A program made the position numbers and the translations under genes. The notes under the pieces were generated by a model. The model saw nothing but the letters and a program-made list of their open reading frames with translations. It did no database searches and was not told the DNA's origin. Positions 40,557 through 50,600 of a stretch of DNA of 64,000 bases are shown here, in pieces. This DNA is from Flavobacteriales bacterium (GTDB lineage: Bacteria; Bacteroidota; Bacteroidia; Palsa-965). Each line of letters starts with the position of its first letter. Within the stretch, counting starts at the first letter, position 1. The stretch spans positions 128,001 through 192,000 of the forward strand of contig JBEIPA010000002.1 in NCBI GenBank assembly GCA_040377305.1. The letters run 5' to 3'.

Positions 40557-40976
40557 TTAGTTGCGTTTGCGGGTATAATAGTTTCTGCTTGCACGCACGT
40601 ACGTTCTCTCGCCTTTCGGTCGCGTTAGTACGTCAATGATCAACTCTTCATCTTCTATATTAATAACACGATAGATGAATTGGTCCGGCAGTGCGCAATC
40701 CAACCAAAACTCATTCTTATTGCGATGCCGTGAAGCGCAAATCTGATACTTTCCTGAAGTTAATGTTGTGTGAATTTCATTCGGATAAATTGTAATCATC
40801 GCCTCCTCCGGATTCTCAATCTTGTGTTTACGATCAAACATTCCGGTCAATTTATATTTCCCGGTAAGTGACCACGAGGTGCTGTAAAGCTTCGACACAG
40901 CAAGAGAATCGGGTGTTGATCGGGCCTTAGCAAGCAGTGAAGAGGAAAGGAGGAGAAGTAGAATAAACGTGCGCAT
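40557..40976 (-). CDS. Hypothetical exported protein
   Basis: Signal peptide MRTFILLLLLSSSLLAKA; beta-rich mature part with two Cys. Confidence 0.65.
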   Translation of the reverse strand: MRTFILLLLLSSSLLAKARSTPDSLAVSKLYSTSWSLTGKYKLTGMFDRKHKIENPEEAMITIYPNEIHTTLTSGKYQICASRHRNKNEFWLDCALPDQFIYRVINIEDEELIIDVLTRPKGERTYVRASRNYYTRKRN

Positions 40977-41010
40977 AAAAAAACGGTCTGCATATTAGAC
41001 GCAGACCGTT
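40977..41010 (-). terminator. Intrinsic terminator after the type B T9SS substrate
   Basis: Minus strand AACGGTCTGC-GTCTAATAT-GCAGACCGTT-TTTTT. Confidence 0.75.
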
Positions 41011-41027
41011 AGAAAAGGTTTTCTTAA

Positions 41028-42833
41028 TTATTGCTTAGGCGAACCAATAAGTGTTACAAATCCTGTTGTGCTGTAATCTGTTGAAGGACTGATTGCCGTG
41101 AGGATGAAATAGTAAGTTCCGTCTGTGCACATTGCGCCAGAACTGGTGTGTCCGTCCCAAGTTACGTTCGGCTCAGTTGATTCGAATAATTTAACGCCCC
41201 AACGATCATAAATTTCGAGTTTGTATTCGTTCAAACCTGAAGTTGTGATCATGAATACATCGTTAACACCATCGCCATTCGGAGTGAATACGTTTGGCAA
41301 CAGGAAGTCCTCAGTTACATTGATGATGAGATGAACCGTATCCAAACATCCGTTCGCATTTGTAACTGTAAGAATTACTGTGTACGTGCCTGAAGTTGGG
41401 AAACTGTGTGATGGATTCTGTGCAGTAGAAGTGGTGTTGTCGCCGAAATCCCACAGCCATGTTGTTGCACCTGCAGTAAGGTCAGCGAATACGTAATCGT
41501 TGCCACCTGCTGATGTATCCACAGCAAGAGCAACCGGTGCCGGATTCACAGAAGGTGCACAACTGTCAGCAAGTGAATTACATCCTGTTGCTGAAGTGGC
41601 GTACACTGTAACGAAACCTGTTCCTGTTGTCCAATCAACGAAAACTGAATCTGATCCCTGACCGCTTGTAATGTTACCCGATCCAGGCACGTTCCACTGA
41701 TATCCTGTTCCTGTTCCACCTGTTGCAGTGAACAAGTTTCCAGGTGTGTTTTCGCAAATCGTAGGACAAGAAATTGTTGGTGCAGCCGGACGAACATCAG
41801 TAAGGATGTAAGGATCTCCCGGGTTTGCAAAAGCCCATGCAGCACGATTCATTGTCGTGAATACTCCTGACACACCCATACCAACAGTTGCCATGTCGTT
41901 CCACATTACGTTGGTGGTTCTCCAGTGTGACATACCAGACCAGATTCCATCAGAAGCAGGAATGTAGTTCATACGGATGTCAGCTGTTGTTGCGCCAACC
42001 GGACGAAGAATTGCGTGATAGAATGTGTCGTTAGCGGTACAGATGATTCCGTCGTTAGTTGTACGAAGGAAACCATCGTTATCTGCATTGTGATTGACGA
42101 AACGAACGGTGTAAAGATTCGCAGCAGCAGCAGTAGGTGAAATATCAATAGGACGGTAACGCGTAACGTTCACACTTGAACCGGTCGGAAAGGTGTACAT
42201 GTTTGTTGAGTTCGTCGCACGTGCTAAAGTTCCTGTTGGACCTGTACTGCTCACAAAACCTTCCGAACCCGGAGTGATGTTGTTTGTAACCGCTGTTGAA
42301 GATGGATTGAGAACCGTGAAAATCTGTGTTTGTGTTTCAAGTTCGCGGTCGTTGATTGTAAGAATACCCGTAAGTCCGGTATTTGCATCAACACCTTGCA
42401 AAGTTTTCTTGCGGTTGTTACCTGTGCCGGTACCTGTTAGTGTAAGATCGTTGAACGTTGTAACGGTGCCGTTGTTACTGGTAATGAGCTGTTGCGTGTT
42501 GCCATTCATGGTAACAAGACTCAAATCGCCATTGAACGTTGCGTCGTTAATCCAATCCTGCTCTACATTGTAATCACCATCACCGCTAACAGTAGAACCG
42601 TTATCGATCTGAAAATTACCAGGTGCTGGAAGCGTAGAATTTTTTGTGGTGGTAATGGTACCATCATTCGTAACCTGCGAAGTGTTATCGATTGTGATTC
42701 CACCATTGCAATGAAACACGCCGCCTGCTGTAACAACGAACGTAGCACCATTGCTTGTGAAGATCTGCGCGTCAAGTGAAGTCGCTGCGAACATCAGGAC
42801 TGCGCCAGATAAAGTCAAGTATATCTTTTTCAT
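41028..42833 (-). CDS. T9SS type B (gliding motility-associated CTD) substrate with PKD domain
   Basis: Signal peptide from MKKIY (42833); PKD WLWDFGD..STAQNPSHSF; CTD LPNVFTPNGDGVND.F...IYDRWG...WDG...GTYYF...GFVTL. Confidence 0.9.
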   Translation of the reverse strand: MKKIYLTLSGAVLMFAATSLDAQIFTSNGATFVVTAGGVFHCNGGITIDNTSQVTNDGTITTTKNSTLPAPGNFQIDNGSTVSGDGDYNVEQDWINDATFNGDLSLVTMNGNTQQLITSNNGTVTTFNDLTLTGTGTGNNRKKTLQGVDANTGLTGILTINDRELETQTQIFTVLNPSSTAVTNNITPGSEGFVSSTGPTGTLARATNSTNMYTFPTGSSVNVTRYRPIDISPTAAAANLYTVRFVNHNADNDGFLRTTNDGIICTANDTFYHAILRPVGATTADIRMNYIPASDGIWSGMSHWRTTNVMWNDMATVGMGVSGVFTTMNRAAWAFANPGDPYILTDVRPAAPTISCPTICENTPGNLFTATGGTGTGYQWNVPGSGNITSGQGSDSVFVDWTTGTGFVTVYATSATGCNSLADSCAPSVNPAPVALAVDTSAGGNDYVFADLTAGATTWLWDFGDNTTSTAQNPSHSFPTSGTYTVILTVTNANGCLDTVHLIINVTEDFLLPNVFTPNGDGVNDVFMITTSGLNEYKLEIYDRWGVKLFESTEPNVTWDGHTSSGAMCTDGTYYFILTAISPSTDYSTTGFVTLIGSPKQ

Positions 42834-42938
42834 GACTGGGAAAAGATTTTGCCATCCGGGGGTTTCACGGATGTTACCAAAATAACGTAAAATCAGGGAG
42901 ATACGCAAGGGTTTAACCCTTGGCACTGGCTGCCTAAA

Positions 42939-43274
42939 TTATTGCGTATCAGCTAGTTGCATTTTCTCCGCGAAATACGCGCAAAAATCACGCATATCAC
43001 CAGCCATCTTCTCTTCACCGGTTGCGCGCTTCAATGTATCTGACATGGTTAACATATTCTGGTGGAAGAATTGTTTCATCTCATCAACGAGCATGGTTTT
43101 GGTCCACAAATCAATACGCATGGTGTGCGCCTGATTTTCGTCCCACATTGCGAGCATGATTGCTTTGCACTTTCCGCTCTCTGTGGAATCAGTTGCATTC
43201 CACTCAATAGATTCCGGAAGATTGTTTTCGTCGAGTGTAATCGTGAAGTTGATTTGTGCTTTGCGCGTTGACAT
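42939..43274 (-). CDS. gldC: Gliding motility-associated protein GldC
   Basis: I.FTITLDENNLPESIEWNATD, MRIDLWTK.M.VDEMKQFFHQ, MRDFC.YFAEK; start moved to ATG 43274, after TACATTTG at 43300-43293. Confidence 0.92.
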   Translation of the reverse strand: MSTRKAQINFTITLDENNLPESIEWNATDSTESGKCKAIMLAMWDENQAHTMRIDLWTKTMLVDEMKQFFHQNMLTMSDTLKRATGEEKMAGDMRDFCAYFAEKMQLADTQ

Positions 43275-43315
43275 TGGATTGCGTTTGAACCACAAATGTA
43301 CGCTTCGAAGATTCG

Positions 43316-43335
43316 ATCCCGATAATTATCGGGAT
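43316..43335. repeat. Perfect 20-bp palindrome
   Basis: ATCCCGATAATTATCGGGAT between gldB and gldC. Confidence 0.75.
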
Positions 43336-43349
43336 GAAAATCCGAAAAA

Positions 43350-44390
43350 CTAGAACTCAGGCTTATACTTTGATTGAGTAAGCAACAACTGACCGTCGTT
43401 CATTCCCATGAGTTCTTCGAGCGTGGTTTCCGGAAAGCGTTCCATATATGCCTGCACAATTCGCAGACCGATCCACACTCCTACCCGACCCGGAGATTCC
43501 TTCGCAAATCCGGCCGTGAAGGGCGCATCAAATGTCATGTGGTTAATATCCTCTTCGTTTTCCGAATAAACCGTTCCATCTGCTATCATAGCTGCCCACG
43601 CATCTGCTTCATTTGCTTCACACCAGTCGAGTTGCGCTTGTGTAAATCCGGTGAGAATTGAATCATGTTTCTCGCGGAAAAGCGCCTGCTGCAAATACAT
43701 GATTTTGCCTTCGTATACGATACGATTGATCACATCATTCTTTTCGGATTTGAATGGAAATTCGTTCATCATCCAGGCCTTAACAAATCCGGCCGACATG
43801 TACTCCGGTTCGAGCTTTCTTCGCTGGTACATTGGCCAGTTCAGTCCCTGATAATAGATATTGTCTCTACCCAGAAACCAGTCTACTCCAATTGCATAAT
43901 TTCCTTCGCAGGCAATGTAATTGTAGTTAAAGCCGGAGAACACGATGAACACACCTTTCGGCAACTTCCGGTCGGGAAAATGAAATTTGAAATACGTGTA
44001 CGCAGATGTGATGTCGTTCTCAAGAAATGCGAATCCATCTTTATACTTTTCGTTCGCCATTTCCCACGCGCCACGCATGGTATGATCAGCGAGAAACTGC
44101 CCGAGAGTAAAAAAACACGAAGCCGAATCGGGTGCAGCATAGCAGATTACGTTATTCAGAAAACAATCAGTGATGTTGCCATACTTCTTACGGATTTCTG
44201 AAATACCGGAAACGAGTTTTGCCGTGTCGAGATTGAAGAAGTCCTGGTCGATCCGCTGTACTTTAACAGGATCGACTGTAACTGACGAAGTATCAACATC
44301 CAGCGGATTTGAACCGCATGAAGTGCTGAAAACCAGCGTTAAGAATAAAATCGGCAAGATTCTTGTTGCCTTGATCAGCGCTAAATTCAT
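43350..44390 (-). CDS. gldB: Gliding motility lipoprotein GldB
   Basis: Lipobox STSC; IGVDWFLG...Y, YEGKIMY, WCEANE, APFT.GF..ESPGRVGVWIG.RIV.AYM, SKYKP; upstream of gldC. Start moved to ATG 44390. Confidence 0.88.
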   Translation of the reverse strand: MNLALIKATRILPILFLTLVFSTSCGSNPLDVDTSSVTVDPVKVQRIDQDFFNLDTAKLVSGISEIRKKYGNITDCFLNNVICYAAPDSASCFFTLGQFLADHTMRGAWEMANEKYKDGFAFLENDITSAYTYFKFHFPDRKLPKGVFIVFSGFNYNYIACEGNYAIGVDWFLGRDNIYYQGLNWPMYQRRKLEPEYMSAGFVKAWMMNEFPFKSEKNDVINRIVYEGKIMYLQQALFREKHDSILTGFTQAQLDWCEANEADAWAAMIADGTVYSENEEDINHMTFDAPFTAGFAKESPGRVGVWIGLRIVQAYMERFPETTLEELMGMNDGQLLLTQSKYKPEF

Positions 44391-44424
44391 TATACTTGCA
44401 CAACGTAAAACCCTCATCAAAAGT

Positions 44425-45228
44425 ATGAAAAAGGTACTGATACTTCTTTTCGCTCTGACACTCGGAGCTAAATTCTCATTCGCGCAAGACGAAAACAATC
44501 TCAAGAACTTCCGTTTCGGATTAGTTGCTTCACCTTCACTCAACTGGTACAAGCCGGAAGATGCAAAGAAGATGGAGAATGCAGGAATCAAAGGCGGTTT
44601 TGGCTGGGGACTTCAAATGGAATTCCGGTTAAACAAAGTTGCATCCCTGGTAACTGGCTTGCAAGTGAATTACGATCGTGGTTTCATCAAATTGCTGGAC
44701 ACGGCAACCTATTACTATAATGGAGAGGATGAGGCTTATGTAGCTAACGATGATACTGCAGCTGTTCTTTACACACTGAACAGTCGTATATACAAAACAA
44801 ATTATGTTATGCTTCCGCTTTACCTCAAAATGAAAACAGGTGAAATCGGAATGATGACTTACTATGGTGAATTTGGTTTGATGTCGAGTATCCGTCTTAA
44901 GGCTAAAACCACCGACGATGTTACTTTGTATTCGCCACCAAACAATCCGAAATCGTCGATAGAAGATCTCGACAACACGAAAGACATGAATCTTTTGCGT
45001 TTTCAGCTTCACATTGGCGGAGGATTTGAATACAATCTTGCCGGTACTACTTCAATGTTTGTAGGTGTTGCTTTCAACTACGGCTTCTCGAATGTATTTC
45101 AGAAAGATTCGGAATATCTCATGACTAACTACCCTGGACCAGTAATGCCGCCGAAGGGATCAACTACTCCATTCAAACAGCAGGCTACTGCAAACAACGT
45201 GGCTTTGTCGGTAGGAATCTTGTTCTAA
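44425..45228 (+). CDS. PorT-family outer-membrane beta-barrel
   Basis: Signal peptide from MKKVL (44425); FRFGL, YVMLPLYLKMKT, IGGGFEY, FNYGFSNV, terminal VGILF. Confidence 0.75.
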   Translation: MKKVLILLFALTLGAKFSFAQDENNLKNFRFGLVASPSLNWYKPEDAKKMENAGIKGGFGWGLQMEFRLNKVASLVTGLQVNYDRGFIKLLDTATYYYNGEDEAYVANDDTAAVLYTLNSRIYKTNYVMLPLYLKMKTGEIGMMTYYGEFGLMSSIRLKAKTTDDVTLYSPPNNPKSSIEDLDNTKDMNLLRFQLHIGGGFEYNLAGTTSMFVGVAFNYGFSNVFQKDSEYLMTNYPGPVMPPKGSTTPFKQQATANNVALSVGILF

Positions 45229-45246
45229 GCACTGTTATTGATTACG

Positions 45247-45276
45247 AAAGGCGCCATGATGGCGCCTTTTTTATTT
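45247..45276 (+). terminator. Intrinsic terminator
   Basis: AAAGGCGCCA-TGA-TGGCGCCTTT then TTTATTT. Confidence 0.85.
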
Positions 45277-45279
45277 CCG

Positions 45280-45287
45280 TAAATTTG
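45280..45287 (+). promoter_or_regulatory. -7 element TAnnTTTG immediately before nadE
   Basis: TAAATTTG, 4 nt before GTG 45292, directly after a terminator. Confidence 0.6.
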
Positions 45288-45291
45288 AAAT

Positions 45292-46971
45292 GTGAAAATC
45301 GCACTCGCACAACTCAATTATCACATCGGCAACTTTCAGTACAATACTGAGAAGATTATTGCCCATGTTGGGATGGCGAAGGAACAAGGAGCAGACGTTG
45401 TAGTTTTCGCAGAGCTTTCTGTGTGCGGATATCCGCCGCGGGATTTTCTGGAGTTCAACGATTTTATTGAACAGACGCTGGAGGCGATTCACGCGATTGC
45501 TGAAGCATCACAGGGCATCACAACAATTGTAGGCGGACCTGCACGTAATCCGCGCGTGGAAGGGAAAAATCTTTTTAATGCGGCGTATGTTTTGCGCGAC
45601 GGAAAAATCGAGAGTGAACATCACAAAGCCTTGTTGCCGAACTACGATGTGTTTGACGAGTATCGCTATTTCGAACCTGCGCGTGAATTTCAGATCGCGG
45701 TCATAGCAGGAAAGAAAGTCGCATTACCGATTTGCGAAGACGTGTGGGACATTGAAGAAGATCTCATGTACACCATCTGGCCGATGGACGAACTGAAGAA
45801 ACAAGGTGCAGAGCTGATCATTAATATTGCGGCGTCTCCGTTTAATTATGGTCACGCAGAGAAACGTCGCGAGGTAATGAAGCGCAACGTGGAGAAATAC
45901 AAAATGCCTCTTGTTTATGTTCAGCATGTGGGTGCGCACACGGAAATCATTTTTGATGGTGGAAGTATGGTGATGAATGTGAAGGGTGAAGTTGTAGAGC
46001 AGTTGGCTTTCTTTGAAGAGGAATTTCGGGTTGTTGAATTGTCGACCTCGACTCCGCCTTTGTCGCCCTCGACTCCGCTCGGTCTGACAAAGGATTCGTC
46101 CCAAATTAATATTGAGGTAGAATTGCCGTCTAAAATGACGCGCATACATGATGCTCTTGTTCTCGGCATCAAAGATTACTTCGGTAAAATGGGATTCTCG
46201 AAAGCGATTCTCGGATTATCGGGCGGTGTTGATTCGGCATTGGTGACTGTACTTGCGGTAGAAGCACTTGGAAAAGAAAATGTATTGCCGGTGCTCATGC
46301 CTTCTGAATTTTCTTCGGGACATTCTGTGGATGATTCTGTAGCGTTGTGCAAAAATCTGGGAATGAGTTACGAAATCATTCCAATCAAAAAAGGATTTGA
46401 CACGACATTGGAAATGCTCAAACCGATTTTTGGTGATGCCCCTTTCAGTGTGGCAGAAGAAAATATACAGGCGAGAATGCGTGCGATTGTCCTCATGGGA
46501 ATCGCGAATAAGAAGAATTACATTCTGCTCAACACTACGAATAAGAGTGAAGCCGCAGTTGGTTACGGAACGTTGTACGGAGATATGTGCGGAGGAATTG
46601 CCGTGCTTGCTGATCTGTACAAGATGGAAGTTTATGCGTTGTGCGATTATATTAACCGCAACGGAGAAGTGATTCCGAAAAATATTCTCACCAAAGCACC
46701 TTCTGCAGAATTACGTCCCGGACAAAAAGATTCTGATTCGCTTCCGGAATATCCTGTGCTCGATAAAATTCTCTACGCGTACATCGAGCAGCGACTTGGC
46801 CCGAAAGAAATTATTGCCATGGGATTTGATGCGGCGCTTGTGAATCGCGTTCTCAAAATGGTGAACAGCAACGAATGGAAAAGAGCGCAGATGGCGCCGG
46901 TGTTGAGAGTGAGCCCGAAGGCGTTTGGAAGTGGGAGAAGGATGCCGATTGTTGGGAAGTACCTAGGATAA
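45292..46971 (+). CDS. nadE: Glutamine-dependent NAD+ synthetase
   Basis: Nitrilase domain (FAEL, KALLPNYDVFDE, ICED) plus synthetase domain (GLSGGVDS, ENIQARMR, NKSE..VGYGTLYGD, PSAELRPGQ.DSDSLP). Confidence 0.97.
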   Translation: MKIALAQLNYHIGNFQYNTEKIIAHVGMAKEQGADVVVFAELSVCGYPPRDFLEFNDFIEQTLEAIHAIAEASQGITTIVGGPARNPRVEGKNLFNAAYVLRDGKIESEHHKALLPNYDVFDEYRYFEPAREFQIAVIAGKKVALPICEDVWDIEEDLMYTIWPMDELKKQGAELIINIAASPFNYGHAEKRREVMKRNVEKYKMPLVYVQHVGAHTEIIFDGGSMVMNVKGEVVEQLAFFEEEFRVVELSTSTPPLSPSTPLGLTKDSSQINIEVELPSKMTRIHDALVLGIKDYFGKMGFSKAILGLSGGVDSALVTVLAVEALGKENVLPVLMPSEFSSGHSVDDSVALCKNLGMSYEIIPIKKGFDTTLEMLKPIFGDAPFSVAEENIQARMRAIVLMGIANKKNYILLNTTNKSEAAVGYGTLYGDMCGGIAVLADLYKMEVYALCDYINRNGEVIPKNILTKAPSAELRPGQKDSDSLPEYPVLDKILYAYIEQRLGPKEIIAMGFDAALVNRVLKMVNSNEWKRAQMAPVLRVSPKAFGSGRRMPIVGKYLG

Positions 46972-47024
46972 ACATCCTTAGAGCTGTCGTTCAAATTTTC
47001 CTTAAAGAGACAGTAGGTTTTAAA

Positions 47025-47058
47025 CCGCGGAGGCGCAGAGACGCAGAGGCACGCAAAG
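47025..47058. repeat. Short degenerate octamer tract nCGCAGAG
   Basis: CCGCGGAG GCGCAGAG ACGCAGAG GC ACGCAAAG. Confidence 0.6.
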
Positions 47059-47103
47059 AAAACATTCTGGAATATGTCGTCGCCAAACTCTTTAGCTTGG
47101 TGC

Positions 47104-47571
47104 TTACTTCGATTTTATATCTTCAAAGTGCGTTAGTTGATCTTCTAGATTTTTGATTTCCGTTTTCTTCGCTGCGATTTTTTCTTCGTGTGCTGCTTCC
47201 TGAGATGCTGCCTCATCAAAAGACTTGGACGCATCTTTTCCTTCCCAGAATTTGCCATCGCCATCAATCCATCCATAACTTCCACCTGTCGAAACGCGCG
47301 CCCGCACCGTTTCCAGCTTCTTTTTATTTGAAACGTAGACTTGATCATTCAACAAACCATCCAGTTCTGATTGCCTATCGGCAATTTGCGCTTGTATTTC
47401 ATTGACTTCAGTTGCAAGCTTGTCATCCTGCTTCTTTTGTTCCTCCAAAAGAGCTGCATTCACCAAAGAATCCTCTCGATCCTTTTGCTTACGAGCTAAC
47501 TCTTCAGAGGAAGGACCGCAGGAGAAAAACGAAAATGCAAGTATCGAACTTAACAATAACAGGTGTTTCAT
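47104..47571 (-). CDS. Hypothetical coiled-coil lipoprotein
   Basis: MKHLLLLSSILAFSFFSC lipobox, CGPS.EE, long helical heptads; start moved to 47571. Confidence 0.7.
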   Translation of the reverse strand: MKHLLLLSSILAFSFFSCGPSSEELARKQKDREDSLVNAALLEEQKKQDDKLATEVNEIQAQIADRQSELDGLLNDQVYVSNKKKLETVRARVSTGGSYGWIDGDGKFWEGKDASKSFDEAASQEAAHEEKIAAKKTEIKNLEDQLTHFEDIKSK

Positions 47572-47599
47572 AGTTGATATAGATATATTCAGCAATGAT

Positions 47600-47632
47600 A
47601 AAAAAACTCCCCCAATTTCTCGGAGGAGTTTT
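47600..47632 (-). terminator. Intrinsic terminator after the 3333-aa gene
   Basis: Minus strand AAAACTCCTCCG-AGAAAT-TGGGGGAGTTTT, the T run extending to seven. Confidence 0.7.
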
Positions 47633-47653
47633 CAAATTTCAAATCTTCAAATT

Positions 47654-50600
47654 CTATCTGTTCACCACCACTCTCTTCGTCAACTGCTGACCATCGTTCG
47701 TAACAACAGTCACCAAATAGATTCCGGCTGCTTCGAGTGACACAGGAGTTATTGCTCCCGCGTTCACTTGCTGGTCGATTACGAGTTGTCCTGCACCGTT
47801 GTAGATGAGCACCTGTACAGTTTCGTTACCGTCGATTGTGATGTTGAACTCACCGTTGTTCGGGTTCGGGTACATGTTGAAGTCGAATGCTACGATTGGT
47901 TCGAGAACGGTGAGACAAGGATCAACAAGGATGCTGTCTGTAACGATTCCGCCACAACCGTTTGTATCGGTGTACATGTATGTGATTTCGAATGTGCCGA
48001 TACCAGCGATCATCGGATCGAACGAGTTGCCGCTAACTGCAGGGCCGCTCCAGGTACCGCCTGCAGGTGACTCGCCACTCAACAGGATTGATCCCATATT
48101 GAGACATGCGGTATCAAGTACCAATGCGAGTGTTACTGTTGGAGGTGTGTGCAACACGAGATTGATCGTATCAGATGCGATACATCCACCAGGCATTGTC
48201 ACTTCAACGAAGTATGTTCCTGAAGTTGTAACAACATTCGTTTGACCCGTGCTCAGGTCATTCCAGATGTACGTACCGCCAACGTTCATTGCATCGAGTG
48301 TTACGGATGTTGCGCAAAGCGTATCATCAGTCCCAAGAGCAACAACCGGTTGCGTGTTAATCGTTACAACGACTGTATCAGAAGAAGTACATCCGTCGCT
48401 TGATGTAACATCGACCATGTACGTTCCGCTTACGGTAGCTGTGATCATTTGTGTTGTATCTGTAGTGTTCCACGCGTAAGTTGAACCAACGTTCTCTGCA
48501 TCCAGCAAGATCGTGCCACACTGCGTTGAATCAGGGCCCAGATCAACAACCGGATTTGGATTCACTGTTACGGTAGCCGTTGCCGTGTTTGAACATCCGT
48601 TGAGATCAGTTCCTGTTACCGTGTATGTATCAGTAATTGTTGGAGTAAACGGAACGCCGTCCACTACTCCACCCGTCCACAGGTAAGTTGCAGCACCGTT
48701 ACCATTCAGAATTACTGAAGTTCCTTCGCACACCGTGTATGCAGGAAAACCAGTAGTAGAAACGATTGGCAATGTATTTACTGCAACTGTGATTGTATCA
48801 GAATCGGTACAGCCATTTGAAGCCGTTCCGACAACTGTGTACGTTAATGTACCGAGCGGTGTAAACGGAACGTTGTTGTTCACGCCACCAGACCACGCAT
48901 AAGTAACAGCGCCACTACCACTGAGTGTAACATTGCTTCCATCACAAATGCTGGTTGCGCTTGCATTCGCAACAACCGTCGGAACTGCATTGATTGTAAC
49001 GTTCACTGCTGTTGCAGATGAATCGCTGCAACCACTTGCGTTCGTTACCCAAACGTTGTACACTCCAATTGTTGTTGCCGTGTACATTGCAGATGTTGCC
49101 CCGACAATCGGTGAACCGTTCATGAACCACTGGTATGCTGTTCCTGCAGATGAAGTAAGCACTGTGTTTCCACCCGAGCAGAATGTGCTGTTACCAGTGA
49201 TCGTTACAACAGGAGCTGCAATTACAGTGATATCCTGTGTAGTTGTGTCTGAACAACCATTGCCATCTGTTCCGATCACAGTATACGTTGTTGTAGCGGA
49301 TGCAGGGAATGCAACATTATCTGTTACACCATGCGACCATACATACGTTGCTGCACCAACGCCCCTCAGAGTAAGCTGGGCGTTTTCACAAACTGTATCG
49401 TTCGGAGAGAATGTGGTAGTTACAACAGGAAGTGTGTCTACTGTGATTATAACGTCAACAGTATCCTCACAGCCATTTCCGTCTGTCCCGATCAAAGTCA
49501 GCGTATCAGTTGTTAAGGGCGTGAAAGGATTTCCATCAATAACGCCATCGCTCCACGTGTAGGTAATTGCTCCTGTTCCATCGAGTGTAAGTTCTGTTCC
49601 GGTACAAACTGTAATGCCCGGAGCAGCGTTGTAACTAACCGTTGGTGAGGTGTTCACCGTTACCGTTGTTGTTGCAGTTGATGAACATCCGTTCGCGTCT
49701 GTTCCAGTTACGGTGTAAGTGTTCGTTGCAGCAGCTGTGAATGGAACGTTGTCCGTTACTCCACCAGTCCACACGTAAGTTACTGCACCGGTTCCGCTCA
49801 ATGTAACCTGCGTTCCTGAACATACAATTGGCGAAGGTGTCGTTGTGTTGCTCACCGTCGGAAGTGGATTAACAGTAACTGTTGTAGTTGCTGTTGCGGT
49901 ACATCCGTTCAATGCTGTTCCTGTAACTGTGTACGTCGTAGTTGCTGCCGGAACAAATGATACTCCGTCCATAACTCCACCTGTCCAGATATAAGACACA
50001 GCACCTGTTCCATTCAGAGTAACAGAAGTTCCTGCGCACACTGCACTCGAAGGAGCTGTTGTTGAAGAAACAGTTGGAGTAGGATTAACTGTGATGGTTG
50101 TTGTTGCCGTGTTCGTACATCCTGATGCATCAGTACCCGTTACTGTGTACGTGCTAGTTGATGTAGGCGTGAATGGAACTCCATTGATTACACCGCCCGT
50201 CCAGGTGTATGTTGCAGCACCTGTGCCACTCAACGTAACTGCAGTTCCGCTGCACACTGTTGTAGCAGGTGAAGCTGTTGATGCAACAGTTGGCAATGGA
50301 TTCACAACAACAGATACAGTTGCCGTGTTTGTACATCCACTGAAATCGGTGCCGGTTACAGTATATGTTGCTGTAGCAAGAGGAACAAATCCAACTCCAT
50401 CCGTAACACCGCAGCACCACGTGTAAGAAATTCCACCGATACCGTTCAATGCCACAGTTGATCCTGCGCAATGTGGACCAGCAGGAGATTGTACAGCATT
50501 GATATTCGGAGATGGATTAACTGTAACCGTAATTGTATTTGTTCCGGTACAACCGTTCATGTCGGTTCCTGTTATAGTGTACGTCGTAGTTGCAGAAGCA

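Noticed and set aside
44170-44591. Long mutual overlap of the gldB and PorT-family ORFs
   Set aside because: Artefact of longest-ORF calling; signal peptides place the starts at 44390 (-) and 44425 (+).
50408-50419. One repeat reads WCCG instead of WSGG/WTGG
   Set aside because: Isolated substitution; nothing else supports a function.
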